Part shown: positions 10,849-24,834 of the stretch, piece after piece
Numbering within the stretch: the first letter of the stretch is position 1
How the letters are laid out: the number at the start of each line of letters is the position of its first letter
Assembly (NCBI GenBank): GCA_013115145.1
Contig: JAAPAO010000355.1
Span: 1 to 37,091, forward strand
Direction: 5' to 3'
Origin: Perkinsus chesapeaki ATCC PRA-425
Lineage: Eukaryota; Protista; Perkinsozoa
DNA: 37,091 bases
Position numbers and translations under genes: made by a program
Notes under the pieces: generated by a model
Databases searched by the model: none
Told to the model about the DNA's origin: nothing
Seen by the model: the letters and a program-made list of their open reading frames with translations, nothing else

Positions 10849-13800
10849 ATGCCGGCGATGAGTAGCACGGCTCCGATGAGCGAGTCTTTGAGGTCCTCGG
10901 CGAACTCATCGCAAAATATAAATGTATTGTTGATTTATCTGCGGAAAATGAAGTTTCGCATAGGTTTGCATTCGGGTCCGTCCGCTAACGACAAGCGAGA
11001 CTCTGGCGAGCGGCGGGGCATCGTCAACTTGCGTGACTATAGAAGGGGACAAAACAATCTGTATCCCATCACTTAGTAAGGCCTATACCTTTGATAGAGT
11101 GTATGGTCAGAACTCCACACAGGTAGGCTAAGTCGATCTCTGCGGTGTTTTATTCCCAAAGGCGACTAAGTAGATTGTATTATTTATTGTACTTTGTATT
11201 CAATCGCTACACTAGTTGCAACGTAGCTACTTCATCTTACTTGACTCGGTTGATGATACTTATATTTCACCTAAATCTTCATTTATAGTCACCCAGCGTC
11301 AATATATATCATAATTCATCATTTTAACTGATCATTACCATCATGCATCACCATTCAACTGCCATCTCCCTCTCAGGAATCACTCTACAATGCCTCCATC
11401 GATCCCCTTGTATCAGAGTTCTTTGCAGGATACAACTGTACAATAATTGCGTATGGTCAAACAGGTGAGCGCAGGTTCGATCCCGGCATGTTGCATTATA
11501 TATCTCAGGTTCCGGTAAGACCTACACTATGGGGAGCGCTAGTTACGTGTCGCAGGACTCGGGTCTCATTCCAAGAGTAAGCAAGGTTGATATTCACTTT
11601 GCAAATCTAGTCATTTACTGTGGGAAAGTTCCAAATTTGTACTTGTTAGTTTTTTTAATTCGATTACGCGGCACTAATTCAAAGCTTTGGTAAACCGGAT
11701 ACGCCACCGATTGGGTTGAAATGCAGTGCGAACCCGAAGGTTGTAAAAATCTTTTCCGGACAACTTTTGGAACATTTGAATCACATCACGGTCGGCTTGG
11801 TTGTGGAGACGTTCTTAGTATCATGACGATCCTTCCAAGACTGATTCCGTTCGTTTGGGCTAGCGGAGAAATTTCTAGCGTTTCGTGGACCGTAAGGGAA
11901 TCATTGTACACTTCAACCTCACCGAGGGAAGCTCATCGGGTGGCAGTGTTTGTGTAGATCGAACTCCACTGGCTTGAAAATAAGATACGAGTGTCTTCAG
12001 GTTATCGCTGAAATATGTCGGAGAGTTGAGGAATGTGACCCGGAGGAGACGATCGAATTGACATGCAGGCAAGTTACGGCACGCGACGGTTACGGATGTC
12101 TTTGGGAAAATAACCGGTGAATTAGAAACCCGCAAGCTCAAGTTGACATCGTTGTCGTTTCGAAATTAAGGATAATGGGTTCGCTGATTGTCTCCTTTCC
12201 TTCGGCCATCCCTTTTAGTTTCATCGAACTCTACAACGAAGAGATCCGCGATCTACTAGACCCCTCAGCAGGCGCAATGGAACCTACTTCATGTAGCTAC
12301 TACTAAGATATCACCACCGCACTATGAAGATTTTTGGTATCTTTCAGCTCGAACGACAACTTGCGGCTTCCCCGCCGGAAAGCGTGGAATTAGCCGTACT
12401 GTGCCGTCATCCGACAAGATACGAATTATTGAAGATCCTGCTTCTAAGAACATTATTGTAAAAAGCGCTCGCCCAGTTGATCGATTATGTTGTCTTATGT
12501 AGGTTATTGGGTGTACAGAAGAGCCTGTTGAGAGTGCCGCCGATCTGCATCTTTGTCTGGATAGGGGATCTGTTGTTAGACGGTGAGCGGGTGGGGTAAA
12601 TTATACTTCAAAAATTTGGGGAAAAGTTTTTGCTACTCATCCTACCAGACCGGAAAAATATCATCTTCAATGTGGATGATGAGAGTTGACATTGGATTCA
12701 CTGTTATCAAGATTTTTCACGCTTCAGCATGCATTTGATTTTAATTTGTCCTTGCTCGTATCTGTGTTCTAGAATTTCCCGGTCGGATAGGTCCTTTCCG
12801 TGGGCGATACAGTACTCTGTATTATACTGTACACCAATAAAATGACCACCTATTGTCGTTCATGTTGGTGAGGTCTCAACCACGGCGACAGAAGAGGAAT
12901 ACCGCATCAGTGATATGTCATTTTTCGTACATCTGATTGAAGTTCGTGACGACCTGTTCGTTTCGCGTCACAAAGTATGTCATAATATCACAGTCATAGG
13001 AAACAATCAATCGCGCGCATTTGGTTCTTAAGACCTTTGTTTCCTATCGGACGCCCTATCTCATCTGCGCACTGAGGACGCCCTTCTGTTTCTGAGCTAC
13101 GTTGATGACTGATCGAATTAGTCACCAATTTTATTACAAGCTCAATCAAGCTTATTTGTTGCTTATTTGTATTTATTGCCTTCCATCGATTTCAGGACGG
13201 CCTCGACTGGAATGAACAGCCAGTCCTCTAGAAGCCACGCTATATTCACTATTGGAATGGTGGTTAAAAGTAAATCTTACAGATGCACTCGTATCAACCT
13301 CTGACGTATCTTCCCAGCAAATCCCGACGAAGCTTCCGGGGATGGGGGCGCAGCAGCTTGCTCTTATCGAGTGGCGAAATTTCATTTCGTCGACCTTGCC
13401 GGGAGCGAGCGCATCAAGCGAACCATGGCCACGGGAAATCGATTGAAGGAAGGCATTCATATTAATAGGTGAGTTCACTAATACGACAATGATGATGATG
13501 ATGCTTAGGAGATTCTAGCCAGTCGTTGGTCATTAGTTTAATAATAATCACTATAGTATAATAATATAACAATCATCAACGGGTTTACCTCTTCACCGCG
13601 GCGGAGGCTTCAATCGAGGATAAATCGTGAAGCAAAAATATTACGAAATTCGATTTAGGGGGTCGTCTTTGACATATGTCTCAAGATCGGTGCGTCGTGC
13701 AATTGTTTCTGTTGTTCTATGGCGCTCTGACTATTATTGATCATATGCTCTTATGATGATACCAATCGATTAGTCGTTCCCTAAAAGTGGACTACTTCTA

Positions 13801-16800
13801 CGTTGTTGCTCATTCAGTGGTCTGCTGGCGTTGGGTAATGTTATATGTGCGCTAAGCTCGGCGATGGAGGAGAGCAGTTCGGCAACAACCGCAGCTTCAG
13901 GAGGAGGAGGACTGGGGGACTCTGCTGGAGCAGGATCTATTCAATCTCATGTAGGACTGAATGAAATCTTCACAGTGCGAAAGATACTCTTTCTAGATAC
14001 CCTATAGAGATAGCAAGTTGACTAGAATACTTCAGGCGAGTCTTTAGTAACTTCGTGGCGCGCGGTCAATTTGCCACCTTCAGGATTCATTGGGCGGCAA
14101 CTCGCGGACAGTTATGATAGCGTGTGTGTCACCAGCCGCTGCAGACTTTGCTGAGACTTATAATACTATTAAGTGAGCGAAAGTGCTTACTAATGCGGAG
14201 ATGGTATAGTAGAAATTGTGCCAGAAAATATGTTTTAAGACGAGAAGGAAACACCAGATGCATTCGTTATTGCAACATCTGATTTTAATTACTTTACTAG
14301 TGTTATTTGCTGATAATATGAAACAACATTCTCATGTACTAAAATATTTACATTTATTTACATTATGTACATGTATTATACCCTTCATTAAAGTGTTCCT
14401 CCGCCCGCCTGCTAGAGGTTGTATAAGCAACAGCGTATCGGTACACTATTGTATTTCCTTGCCGCACCTCGCTTAACTCAGTAGGATCTTGAAAAGTGGC
14501 TCAGTTGAATTTTTACTTTTGCAGCAAAGTTTAGCTCGACAAGTCTCTGATTGGCCATATGATCTGGCAACCTTGTAGCGCTATCATTCCTGCATTCTCC
14601 TCTTAAATATGATTATCTTTACCCCGAAGGACCTGTCCGCCCCGGCCCGAAGGACCCCGGGCCTTTCCGCATCATTACCCTACTTTTATGATAACAGTCG
14701 CATTTGCTTTGTGTCATTTGTCCCCCTTGTATAGATATGCCAGTCGTGCTCGGTGCATCACAAACCGTCCAGTAGTGAACACCGACCCTACCAAGAAACT
14801 GGTCATGGAGCTGAGACAGCAGGTGAGCTACCCAGCTTGGCAGCCCCTTGCTTCCCAGACACCCTCTCCGGCTTCTAGGATCCTCTAAACTAGAACGTAT
14901 TTCGCCTGACACACTGCGCGAGTATAAGCGTTCGGTGAGATCTAACGTACCGCAGCGCAGAATCATTGTCTCTAAGCTTCCCAAGTCTTTCTATAATAGC
15001 CTCCGCGCAATCATCATTTATAGCGCATATTTGATGCTCTGATGATTGTTATTAATATATCAATCATATAGAAGTCGATATAGATTGATACGGGACAGGT
15101 CAGTAGGCTCTCGACACAAAGTGAACTACTTTGGCGTGATGAATTGATTATTAAAATTTTTGTAGATACGTGACTTAACGGAGGAGAAGTTGCGCTTTAT
15201 GGGTCTGGGCAGCGGTGGAGAGGGAATGGATGAGATGCGGAATGAAATGAGAAAATGGCAACAAAAGTGAGCTGGGAAATGGCGAAGCCTCTGATTGAAA
15301 CTGAAACCTGAAGTTGATCGATAATTTAACGGGGCGCGTTGTAATGTCGTAGTGGTCCAGCAAGAATGGAACCAGTAAAGCTCGAAATGACAGTAAAATA
15401 TATTATAAAACAGTATTATCGTGGTGCACAATTACTTGGATAACTTTTTTCTTGGATCTTTTCCGAAATTTTCCGTTAAATTTTTACTAATTTTCCATTT
15501 TTTCCGACTTATATCAGGTACACCGCCTTACACGCTCACTGTGTGGGTCGAGGCATCGATCTTATCGGTGACGGTTTCGAGGCTCCTGAAGACGTAGATC
15601 TCGAGGGTAAGCTGTCGAACCGTGGATCAGAGCAGTTGATGGGAAATAATAAACGCCTGCAAGAAAGGTGAGTTGCTCGATTGGCAACAGTTGACGAGCG
15701 TGCGTGTTGCAGCTCACTTATCTTTATGCGGTGGTTGTTGGGAAATGCTATAACGAGAAAGTGGTAGAGATCATTCTTCCACTGAAATATATCTACAACT
15801 TTCTACCATATACCTATTCTTGCAGCCTTCTCTAAGGGTGCATTATCATGAGACTCGATATACCATGTGTGCAGTTGCTTTGTTTCAGAGCCCTTCTCCG
15901 CTACTTGTAAATGATACTCCCTTTACAGCTCTCAATTATGTCTCTTAACATATTAGCTAGTCGCGGCAGCTTTGTTCATTTGCGTTTCCGTCAAACGAGG
16001 AATGGCTTGAACTAGAGCTTCCCTGCATTTTATGCTTTCTATCATTATGTTAGTTTCCAAAAGACCATTAATTTTCCCTATCAATACATCTTTTTTGCTT
16101 CTATTAATACAGCTTTATTTGCTTCTATTAATACAGCTTTATTTGCTTCTAATAATACAGTTTCAATGCGCTGTATTTGTTCTCTATCGCCCGACTTGTC
16201 CTTATTATTGATAAGTTAGTAGTACAGCTTGTTGTTCCAGATGTTCGTCATTGGAAAGTCAACTGGCCGAGTATAGGGAGGTGATGGCTAAGGTGTGGGT
16301 CAGGAATAAGAAGTTGGATGCTGAAGTTGCCAAGCTTACGGGAACGACTGGTGGAGAGGACGATGCAAACGAGGTGAGAATGACGGCCTTGATGAAAAGG
16401 TTAATAGGCTTTAACTTATAGAAGATAATAAGCTATTACAGAGAGCCTTCTCTTCGCCGTAGAGCTATTGGATCCTGCCGGCCGACTTCCCAGTGGGATT
16501 CGTCATAATTATTTCCTGCGCGTTCGCTTTGGTAGCGGGCTCAGCCTGTCGGGCTGTAGAGAATTTTGCGAACTATCTTGAGCAGGATTACTTAGCTGAC
16601 ATGCGGAGTCGTTAAGTCTTGAATTAGCTGTACACTCTCTGTCGTTGTAATGCAGGCAGTAATACCTGGCACGATTCGGACTAGTACCTGCCTCAGTAGT
16701 GCGGGTATGTGGAGCAGACTTTCAGGATCTTGAATCTTTAGCTTTTCTTATCGCTTATTCCAGCCTGTCTCTGTGTAGCTCCCTCCCGAAGAGACTGGCC

Positions 16801-19800
16801 TTGATGCCTCTACTGATGGTGGAGATACTTCAACAACTGAGAGCGTGGATGACCCAAACGATCGTTTGATCAAAGTGAGGCATCCACCGGTTTGGCATCG
16901 ATTAGTATTTTTCTCAGCATCTTGAACTAGATGAGAGTAATCTGTCTGGTCTTATCGGAGCTGTTATGGAAGATAAGGAGAACGAAGTGAGCTCGAAAGT
17001 TGGATTCTTGCAAGCTCCGCCTTGATATATAGTCTCAGTTCAGTTTACTAAATACGCCTCAGTGTTCATGAACTCTCAGTTTTAGCTCTTACTGAGAAGG
17101 ACACCAAGAACTTCCCACTAAAGTGCCTCCTGGCTCGTATCATCATTCGTATTACTGTGTTTGCAAACTCGGTAGAGCATTGGCAGCATCAGCTTGCCGC
17201 ATAGCTTCTGTCGCATCAAGTTTTACAGCTGTACGTATATTGCGATAGTGGCTCGTATCTATTTGAGAGAATCATGGGCCCTTCCGGGGAATTGGAATTT
17301 CGTCGGTAATGCGGTGGACATCGATTGTTCAGGAAGGGGATCTGGCTGGAGCTGTGGAGGCATTATTGCAGGCTACGAGCAGCTGGATGGATAAAGACGC
17401 AGAAAACAGCAAAGGAGAAGATGGCCTGAAACACAGGTAAGCAAGTTAACCTATCTTGAATCTTTCTTAGTTCAACTAAAGCTTCCTCCTTTCAGTATTG
17501 CAGCTCAAGAACGGCATCTCCAAGGTCTTCGTAATGAGCATGAAACTCACTCAGCAATGCAACAGGCATATCTCGACAAGATCCACATGTACGAGCAGAT
17601 GGTCGCTAAGGCCAACAAGGAGAAAGAGGTAAAATATGAATCGCTTCGCTCCGCTAAGAGTGTATCTACTTCAGGAGTTGGCTGCCCAAATAAATGCTAA
17701 GAAAAGCGATAAAAATATGACAGAACTGCTTGAGAGAAAGTAACGACGGAGCGAAGCGATTCATGTTTACCTTCTTGTTTCGCGGCAGACAGCGGGAGAA
17801 TCAGCGGCTGTTGGACCAGCAACATAAGGAGATGCAACAGTTACGTAGGGAACTTAATAGCATCCAGAAGGCCAAGGACAGATGTGGACAGGAAGTGAGA
17901 GAATATGAAGTAAAATATTAATATGTACATCAGGTGGCACGACTGGAGAAGGAGCTTACAACGGCTAAGGGGGAGAAGGTTAAAATGCAAAAACAAAAGA
18001 AAGAGCATGATGAGGTGAGGGATAATAGATACACGGATCGTACGGAAATCCAGGCCACATTTTTCCATCTTTTTTTCGGAACTTCTATGGTGGAAAGATC
18101 GTTGGTGAGTTGAAGACGGTATTGCGCTGCTCGACTTAATTTATTGGCGGGAGATAGCAGCAGCGTGACCGTCGGTTGTTGAGATTTCGTAGTGGTAAAG
18201 CACTCACTAGACAACACTATAATTTAACGAATAGGTTTCTGTTCACTTCATATAGGGAAACTGGTAAACTCTTCACTTGAAGTTCACGCTACTGTTCTCG
18301 ATGGTTTGTGTTATTTGTATTCATATTATTATACCAAATATGAGAATCTTTCGTTGTTTTTTCGGAGGTCGAGCGTGCTTTAGGCTCATCGAAAGATACT
18401 CCAGGATCGCGACCGTGTTATTAACCAATTGAAGAGGGTCCAGGCCAAGAAAACGCTCGAGGCGAAGAAGACTGCTGATGTGAGCCCTCTAGCATCCTGG
18501 AGTCGCGGCGAGAGCTTCTTCCGGTAGAGCAACAAGAAGGCGGTTACTACATTGACGATACGAAACGAAACGTTACTGAAACAGTTAAATGCTTTGAAGG
18601 AAGCTCAGAAAAGACGTAGGCTGGGCACGGTGCAGCGGGATACCTACTACTAGTACTGTGACTGTTGTATCTGTTTCGAATGATAGGAAATATCTAGTGA
18701 TGTGATATTACTTGCCCGTACTGTATACGACAACCTATATGATACTGTAGGATGCACTACTATAACGCACCAACTCATCATCAAGGATGTCGTGCCTGTG
18801 TCATGCTCACCTACGTGTATATCGCACGCGTGACGAATACTAAGGAGCCCCCATAAAAGGAGAAGTCATCAAGCTGCCTCTCAGTGCTCCTCTAAGATGG
18901 AAGAGCGTTCCTAATACGGAGGAAAAAAGACGGAAAATATTTTCCTAGACGAGAAGGAAACATAGACGGCTTTCCTTATGGGAACGTCCGATGTTCCCCC
19001 ACGATTCCCTGCCACAATGGTGTTCCCACCTAAGGGACCGTCAGCTTTCGGCAAGCTAATATTGAATCATTTTAGACTAGTTGGGTTCAAAGGACTTCAG
19101 TGCAATAGCGCAATTCTGGAGTGCTCGTATCAATATAATATCTCACTTGGCTTCTCTAGGTGTCGACTCTCGAAAGAAATCGTTCGGTCCGCCTGGGAAG
19201 GCCCTAAAAAGGCAGCAGAATAAGCCCGCGGCAGTCCGCGGCAAAACAGGGCCGGCAACCACCGAAAAAAACGACATCAAAATCTGGCTTGATGATTTGA
19301 TGGAGAAACAGATTGCGCGAGATGGCACAGCAGAGATGGTGCGCCCGCTGGCGGGTGAGAGTTCGATAGGTTGACTTCAGGCTGAGAAGCTCTCTGAGGA
19401 GTTGGACGAGTTGGAGAAAAGATTAGATTCGCAGAGGTAGGTTTGAGCGGAGCGAAGCACAATGTTTGGGACAGACGATATATATTCGAGTTGGAGTCTA
19501 AAATGGATGACACAGAAGGAATGAAGAATCGAAGGAAGTCTCGAGAGAGATATCATGTAAGCATTTTAGAAATGAAGGATTTCCGTTTCATTCAACACGG
19601 TTGAGCATGTACGTTTGGACTCCTGTGTCGGTAGAATATGTTATGCTTTCGCATGAGGATGATATTATACCATTAATAAACAACACGATATCTGTCGGAA
19701 ATTTCACGAAGCTCTCGGCCAAAGTATTTGCTATTTGTGCAGCACTGTCCCGATTACTTCAGGCTGAGCTGTTGGATGCCCAGGAGAATCTAGACTCCAT

Positions 19801-22800
19801 GTCGGCGCAGTGGTCGGTGATGCAAAAGCGCTATATTGAGGTAAGTCTTATTCCACTTGTTCTCTCGTATGTTTTGGCAGCTGACCGATCCTGCCAACAA
19901 TTCAGCTCGCCCTGGTGACAGCCTCAAAGAGGTAAGAAAAAACTGCTTCGCTCCGCTAGGATTTTCTTCAGATTCTCTCGGTTGTGTCTAGTAATTTAGA
20001 TGTGATGGCGAAGATCTTTTGGGAGGATCTTATGAGCGGTAAGGTGCCATCCTGGAATTCGAGCCGCAAAATGGCGAGAGTGGTATGTCTTCAGCACGCA
20101 AGCGCATCAGAGATTTGGACGGACGACTGACGGAGCTTCGAGACCAGTGTTCTCGAAAGGAATCTCAACTAGCCGAGCAAAGCTCGAAAATGGCGTTATT
20201 AAGGAATGACTTCTCCAGAAGAGTATCCGAGCTGACATCACAGAGGAAGATATCTGAGCTTGCGATGATATCGAAGCAATTGGTGGATGCATCAACACCG
20301 TGTAAGATTATCGAACTTTGGCTTTCACAGTTCAAACTATGAGGCATGTCCCTAGTTGATGATATGGTGTAAATTATACCGTATAATACAAACTAGAGGG
20401 CCGTGTACTGCCTGTAGGCTGACATCCTTTGGTTAGTCCATGACATCTTAAAAATTGATTGCATTCGAAAGTATGCATCCTTTGGGTCAGGATGAGACTC
20501 CTTTGCAGTTCGCACAGCCGCTTTGTGTTCGTGTATGACACTATCATATAGCCCCACAGTACTATCTGTTCGTACTACTATATCAATATTCATTTTGTAT
20601 GCTACTGGTAGCATGTTTCATTTCAGTGCTTCCTCGTCGAAGTGGCGTTAGATCTTCTGATGTATCTCGAGATGGCTCCCCGATAGCAGTTCAAGGTCGG
20701 CAGTCAACACCCGGTCGAACTGAGGTGAAGCATATAAAGCTCGATAATCTTTACTATACGATGTCTGGAGCGCTTTTTCAGGTGTCTGAGATACCTGTTA
20801 TAAATAAGGGCACGCCTTCAGTTGAAGACGAGCTTCAAGTGCGTATTTCATACCGTATTTCCTTCTGATCTTCTTCCTATTTCAGCCCCTTCCATCTTCG
20901 CCAGTATCCCCTAGCATGAATGACATGCTTTCGTTTATGCCACTTCGTCGAAGGGGTATGAGACACTCTTTAGTTGATGATATTGAAAGCCAAGAAGTTC
21001 TAGATTTACAGTAGGGCCCATTAAGTTTATATTTATATACCTTACTGTGGAGGACACAAAAGATATCTCGAGTTCGTATCTGAGTATGAATATACAATAT
21101 CACGTTTTGTCAATGTAAAACCCGGCGGAGTGTGATGTTTTGTATGTGGCTTACTAACACCAGTTGAACTTTTACGATCCTTCCTGGTGGTAGAAGCGTT
21201 CGCCAACTCTAGTTCTCGAACTCTGAGTCCTCTGGATTGTAAACCAATTCTCATGTATCCTCCTCGTGGATCGTATAAGCCAGACTCATAGTTCAACATA
21301 AGTGTTAATTATTATACTGCTCCTTCATATTAGTGTAAGTAAGTTTCTTTATTTAGGTCACAAACTGTCTACCAAGAGGCTCTTCTGTCACGTACTCGCT
21401 CTGAGCACATAAAGGCTTTGCAGGACAGAATTGAAGAGCTGGAGGACATCAACGTGAGTCTGAGCCGGAAGTTAATGACAGCTGAAGAGGAAAAAGAACT
21501 ACTGCAGAAAGAGAGGGGAGGACAATCAGGCTCGGTGAGTTGAAACCGTCGTGAACTCCGCAGCTCTCGTTTCAAGGTTGAGCGAACAGCTTCGATGAAA
21601 GCCACAAAGCGAGCCAGACTGGCGCAGGTGACAAGAACGACAGAGTCAGCAGATTATAAACGTGAGAATTAACAGACTAAGACTCGAGTTGGCTGGCAGC
21701 AGGTTCCCAACCAATACGGAAATGGAGCGTCGAGAATGAGAACGATGGAGATCGAAAGAATATAGAAAGGCCGTTTGAACTCACTCGAAAAGGTGAGGAT
21801 TAGAAATTGGAGTTGATGATGGTCCTGTTTAGGATCTATGGCCGATTTGCGAATGGGGGAAACTCTTTGGGGAGCTGACGATTCTACTGCACCGTGAGTT
21901 TTATAGATGACATCCGTGGGATTCGAACCTGCGCTTGTAGTTGGTATTGCACCCATCGCGAAAGGGATGCCCACGAGTACTTCCTTACAAGCTGTTGCAT
22001 GACTGAAGGCCCTTCCCTCCACCTTTGGACTGGCAGCATGGGAAACATTCGAGTTTGGGATCTCGGTGGCCGACCAACTCAGGTATCCATCTCGACCTCG
22101 GAAGTTTCGGTCCAAGCTGTCGGGTCCTCAGATCAAATCGGTCCCCATATCTGCTGGAGGGCAGAATATTATTGTGAGGAGTATGTGTGCTATTGACTGC
22201 AACCTAGTGGCCGCTGCAGTCTCCAACAGTGTCAAAATAATCGATAAAAGTAACTCTCAATGGGGCCTATTTGTTTATTCCATTGCCAGGGTGTCCCTCC
22301 CACAGTTGCTGTGTTGCAACCGTCGCTACCGGTGAGAGTAAGGACGTCTGCCAAGTAGCTTTAGTGTAGACATCTACCACTGCCCGTAGATCACTCACTC
22401 CCCGCTGCTCAGGCCTAATGGTGGCGCCAAACATTTGGCTGTGGCATGTTCTGGACTTAGACTTTACGATTTGCGGACATTCGAGGAGCTCGACCGAGGC
22501 ACCAAGCGAGAGTCGACGTGACTCGCTACTATTTTCTGTTAGCGATTTATTGCAAGTGTTTTCAGAGCATCGGATGCGACAACACCACAGTATGCTAAAC
22601 TTCCTAGTGGGCAGATGGACCTCTTGGCGGTAGTAGCATCGGAGGACTCCAAGCTGTTCGCTGGTGGAAGGGAGAAGACGGTGTGGAAGGATTTGGTCAC
22701 CATTACATATTCTCTTGTTCAGATACGTATGTGGACTGATCCCACTAGGACGCTATCGGCTCAAGTGTAAGACTGTGGCTATGCTGTCCTATGCAAGCCT

Positions 22801-23341
22801 GATCGATCAGATTCCAGCCTCCTCACTTTGATGCAGTTTCATGCTTACAACCCATTGAATCATCTTACCTAGTCAGCGGCTCCCGTGATAAATTCCTAAA
22901 ACTATGGGAAGTCGGGAGCCAGCCCTCCAGCCTCTGTTGTAACACTCTTTGCAGGTACCCACATCCAAGTCAGTTCATAACGATTCAACTTTGCGCACAA
23001 TGAGCCGACAGTGCCTTGCTAGTGTTCAAGCTCACAGTGATTGGATTACAGCGCTCAGTCTGGTGGAGGTGAGACTCGAAGCTGCTGCTGTTTGCACATG
23101 TCTGAAGGTACCCGATAAAGCCTTGGGCCCGAGGCTTATATCAGCTAGCCGAGACGGTATTGTTAAAATGTGGAGCCTCCAGTGCGACACCGGCGGGCCT
23201 TCTCTTAAGCGAGATTACGCTTCTCGCCATTCCAACGTAAAAGCCGGTCACCGCATCTCCACACAGCTTGTTTTAGGGCCCTATTGCCGGCGTTACTTCT
23301 TGTCCCGAAGCCGAAGGATTGTTCGTGACCGTTTCACATGA
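10849..23341 (+). CDS. Kinesin-4/KIF21-like protein (N-terminal motor, long coiled coil, C-terminal WD40 repeats), many exons
   Basis: Motor motifs: [26 protein letters not shown]|[34 protein letters not shown] (about 13215), FVDLAGSER (about 13392), [22 protein letters not shown]|[23 protein letters not shown]. Coiled-coil exons lie at 15.5-21.5 kb. WD40 exons include [28 protein letters not shown] and [12 protein letters not shown]. The last exon and stop are uncertain. Confidence 0.88.
16094..16163. repeat. 24-bp tandem repeat, about 3 copies, intronic
   Basis: TTTGCTTCTATTAATACAGCTTTA at 16094 and 16118, with a variant at 16142. Confidence 0.9.
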
Positions 23342-24834
23342 TCGCTCCTTCCGTGTATGGAAGAAGAATAATTCAATAAATAGCATTTAACTAGTTCTCC
23401 AATTCAAAGATTAATGTTTAGTTTTGGTATATAAAGTGATGGTCTTGCATAATCTTTGCCCATGGCTGAAACGTGGAAAAGATCACGGGAAACTTTCCAA
23501 CTGTAAAAAAAGAAAGAACGAAGAAAGCAAGCCAAAACGGGTCTCAAGATCACCAATTCGGCGAGTAGGAAATTCACTCCGAACAAGGACATCAATTTAG
23601 CGGCAGTGCCACTACCGCAGTGGTCAGAGAGGGAAATCAATCTCACGGATAAGGACATCACTCTCACGAAAAATGATCGCAATCTCATGGGCACGTCTCT
23701 TTGGGGTTGTAGTTTCAACTACACACAAAGAATCTTTGTACTGCTGTACTTGCACAACGTTATGTGAACGAATCCTTCCCGTTGCGCGGAAGTATCCTCC
23801 ACGAAGATGCTCATGATCAACCTAATGATTAGGCTTGTGACAATCCGCTTGCCAGAGGCTGACTCCGCCTATTTGAATGACCTCTTCGGACGGCTCGTAG
23901 GCAATTGACCACTTGTGTTGAACAGTGAGGTGGTCTTCCGTATTAAACGCCCATAACTCGGTGGAAAATGTAATTCAAAAGGCATTACCATCAATGAGAT
24001 GAATAGTCTCGTATGATGTGGATACTAGAGCGACAATCGCCGCTCTGGCTATCTACTGTCTAGGTGCTTCAATACGAGCGGGCCTGTGCACGGTTATTGT
24101 GACTGCTAGCCGCATTGCGTGCTGAAATGTCGCGTTGCACTGCATGAAAAATCGCTGACATTTCTTTTCCGAGATAGAGCGAGTCAAGCTGGCTTGGAGG
24201 ATAATCGATATTACTTATCGTAATCTATGGAGAATCCGCTAAAGAGTAAATTAAGTCGAGATTCGTTATACTCGAAGAGATTTCTATTCGCGTGCAGTGC
24301 GGACTCCGCACGCCGCGTTTCTAAATGCCTCGTACTGAATTTGGTGAGCTTCATCAGACAATCCAAGTTGGATTGTCGCTGTATGATTTCGCATGTTCGA
24401 CAACCTATCCGAAGTATACACGGTGACAATCTCATTCGACTACCAACTCGGTAGCAGTAAGCAGCAAGTAGCAACAGCGGTAGTTCTCCACCTCGCAGTA
24501 CAAGAATGTGCTCAGCACAATCCATTCGCTAGTGACTCTTGGTTCTAGGCGTGCTGTGGTACAGTTACTGTGCCTGTAGGACTACTTGCTGGGACGTACA
24601 TGGAGAGGACTCATCGGCTGCGCCTCATTGACTGCTTCTAACTGGGAAACTAAGTCGCTGAGACCTAGTTATCTGAGCGAGTTTGTTTCACCGTGGAAGC
24701 TCCACTGAACCAGATTGAAGGAGGGGTTCCAGCAGGACCTCGTAGTCAAGGTTAACTTCCTAAGCATGCCTCGGTAATACAGAGTCAGAATGGAATAGCG
24801 GAAGTTTTAGGTGTGAAGGGTTACCCTTTTATAC

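Noticed and set aside
14624-14670. GC-rich island with CCCGAAGGACC twice in a kinesin intron
   Set aside because: Too short to support an ncRNA or element call.
20393-21299. Minus-strand fragments in kinesin introns resembling pol (VVRTDS, GPY)
   Set aside because: The motifs are too short and the frames are broken, so a retroelement call is not supported.
23404-24800. Gene between the kinesin and the subtilisin
   Set aside because: No consistent exon chain or recognisable motif on either strand.
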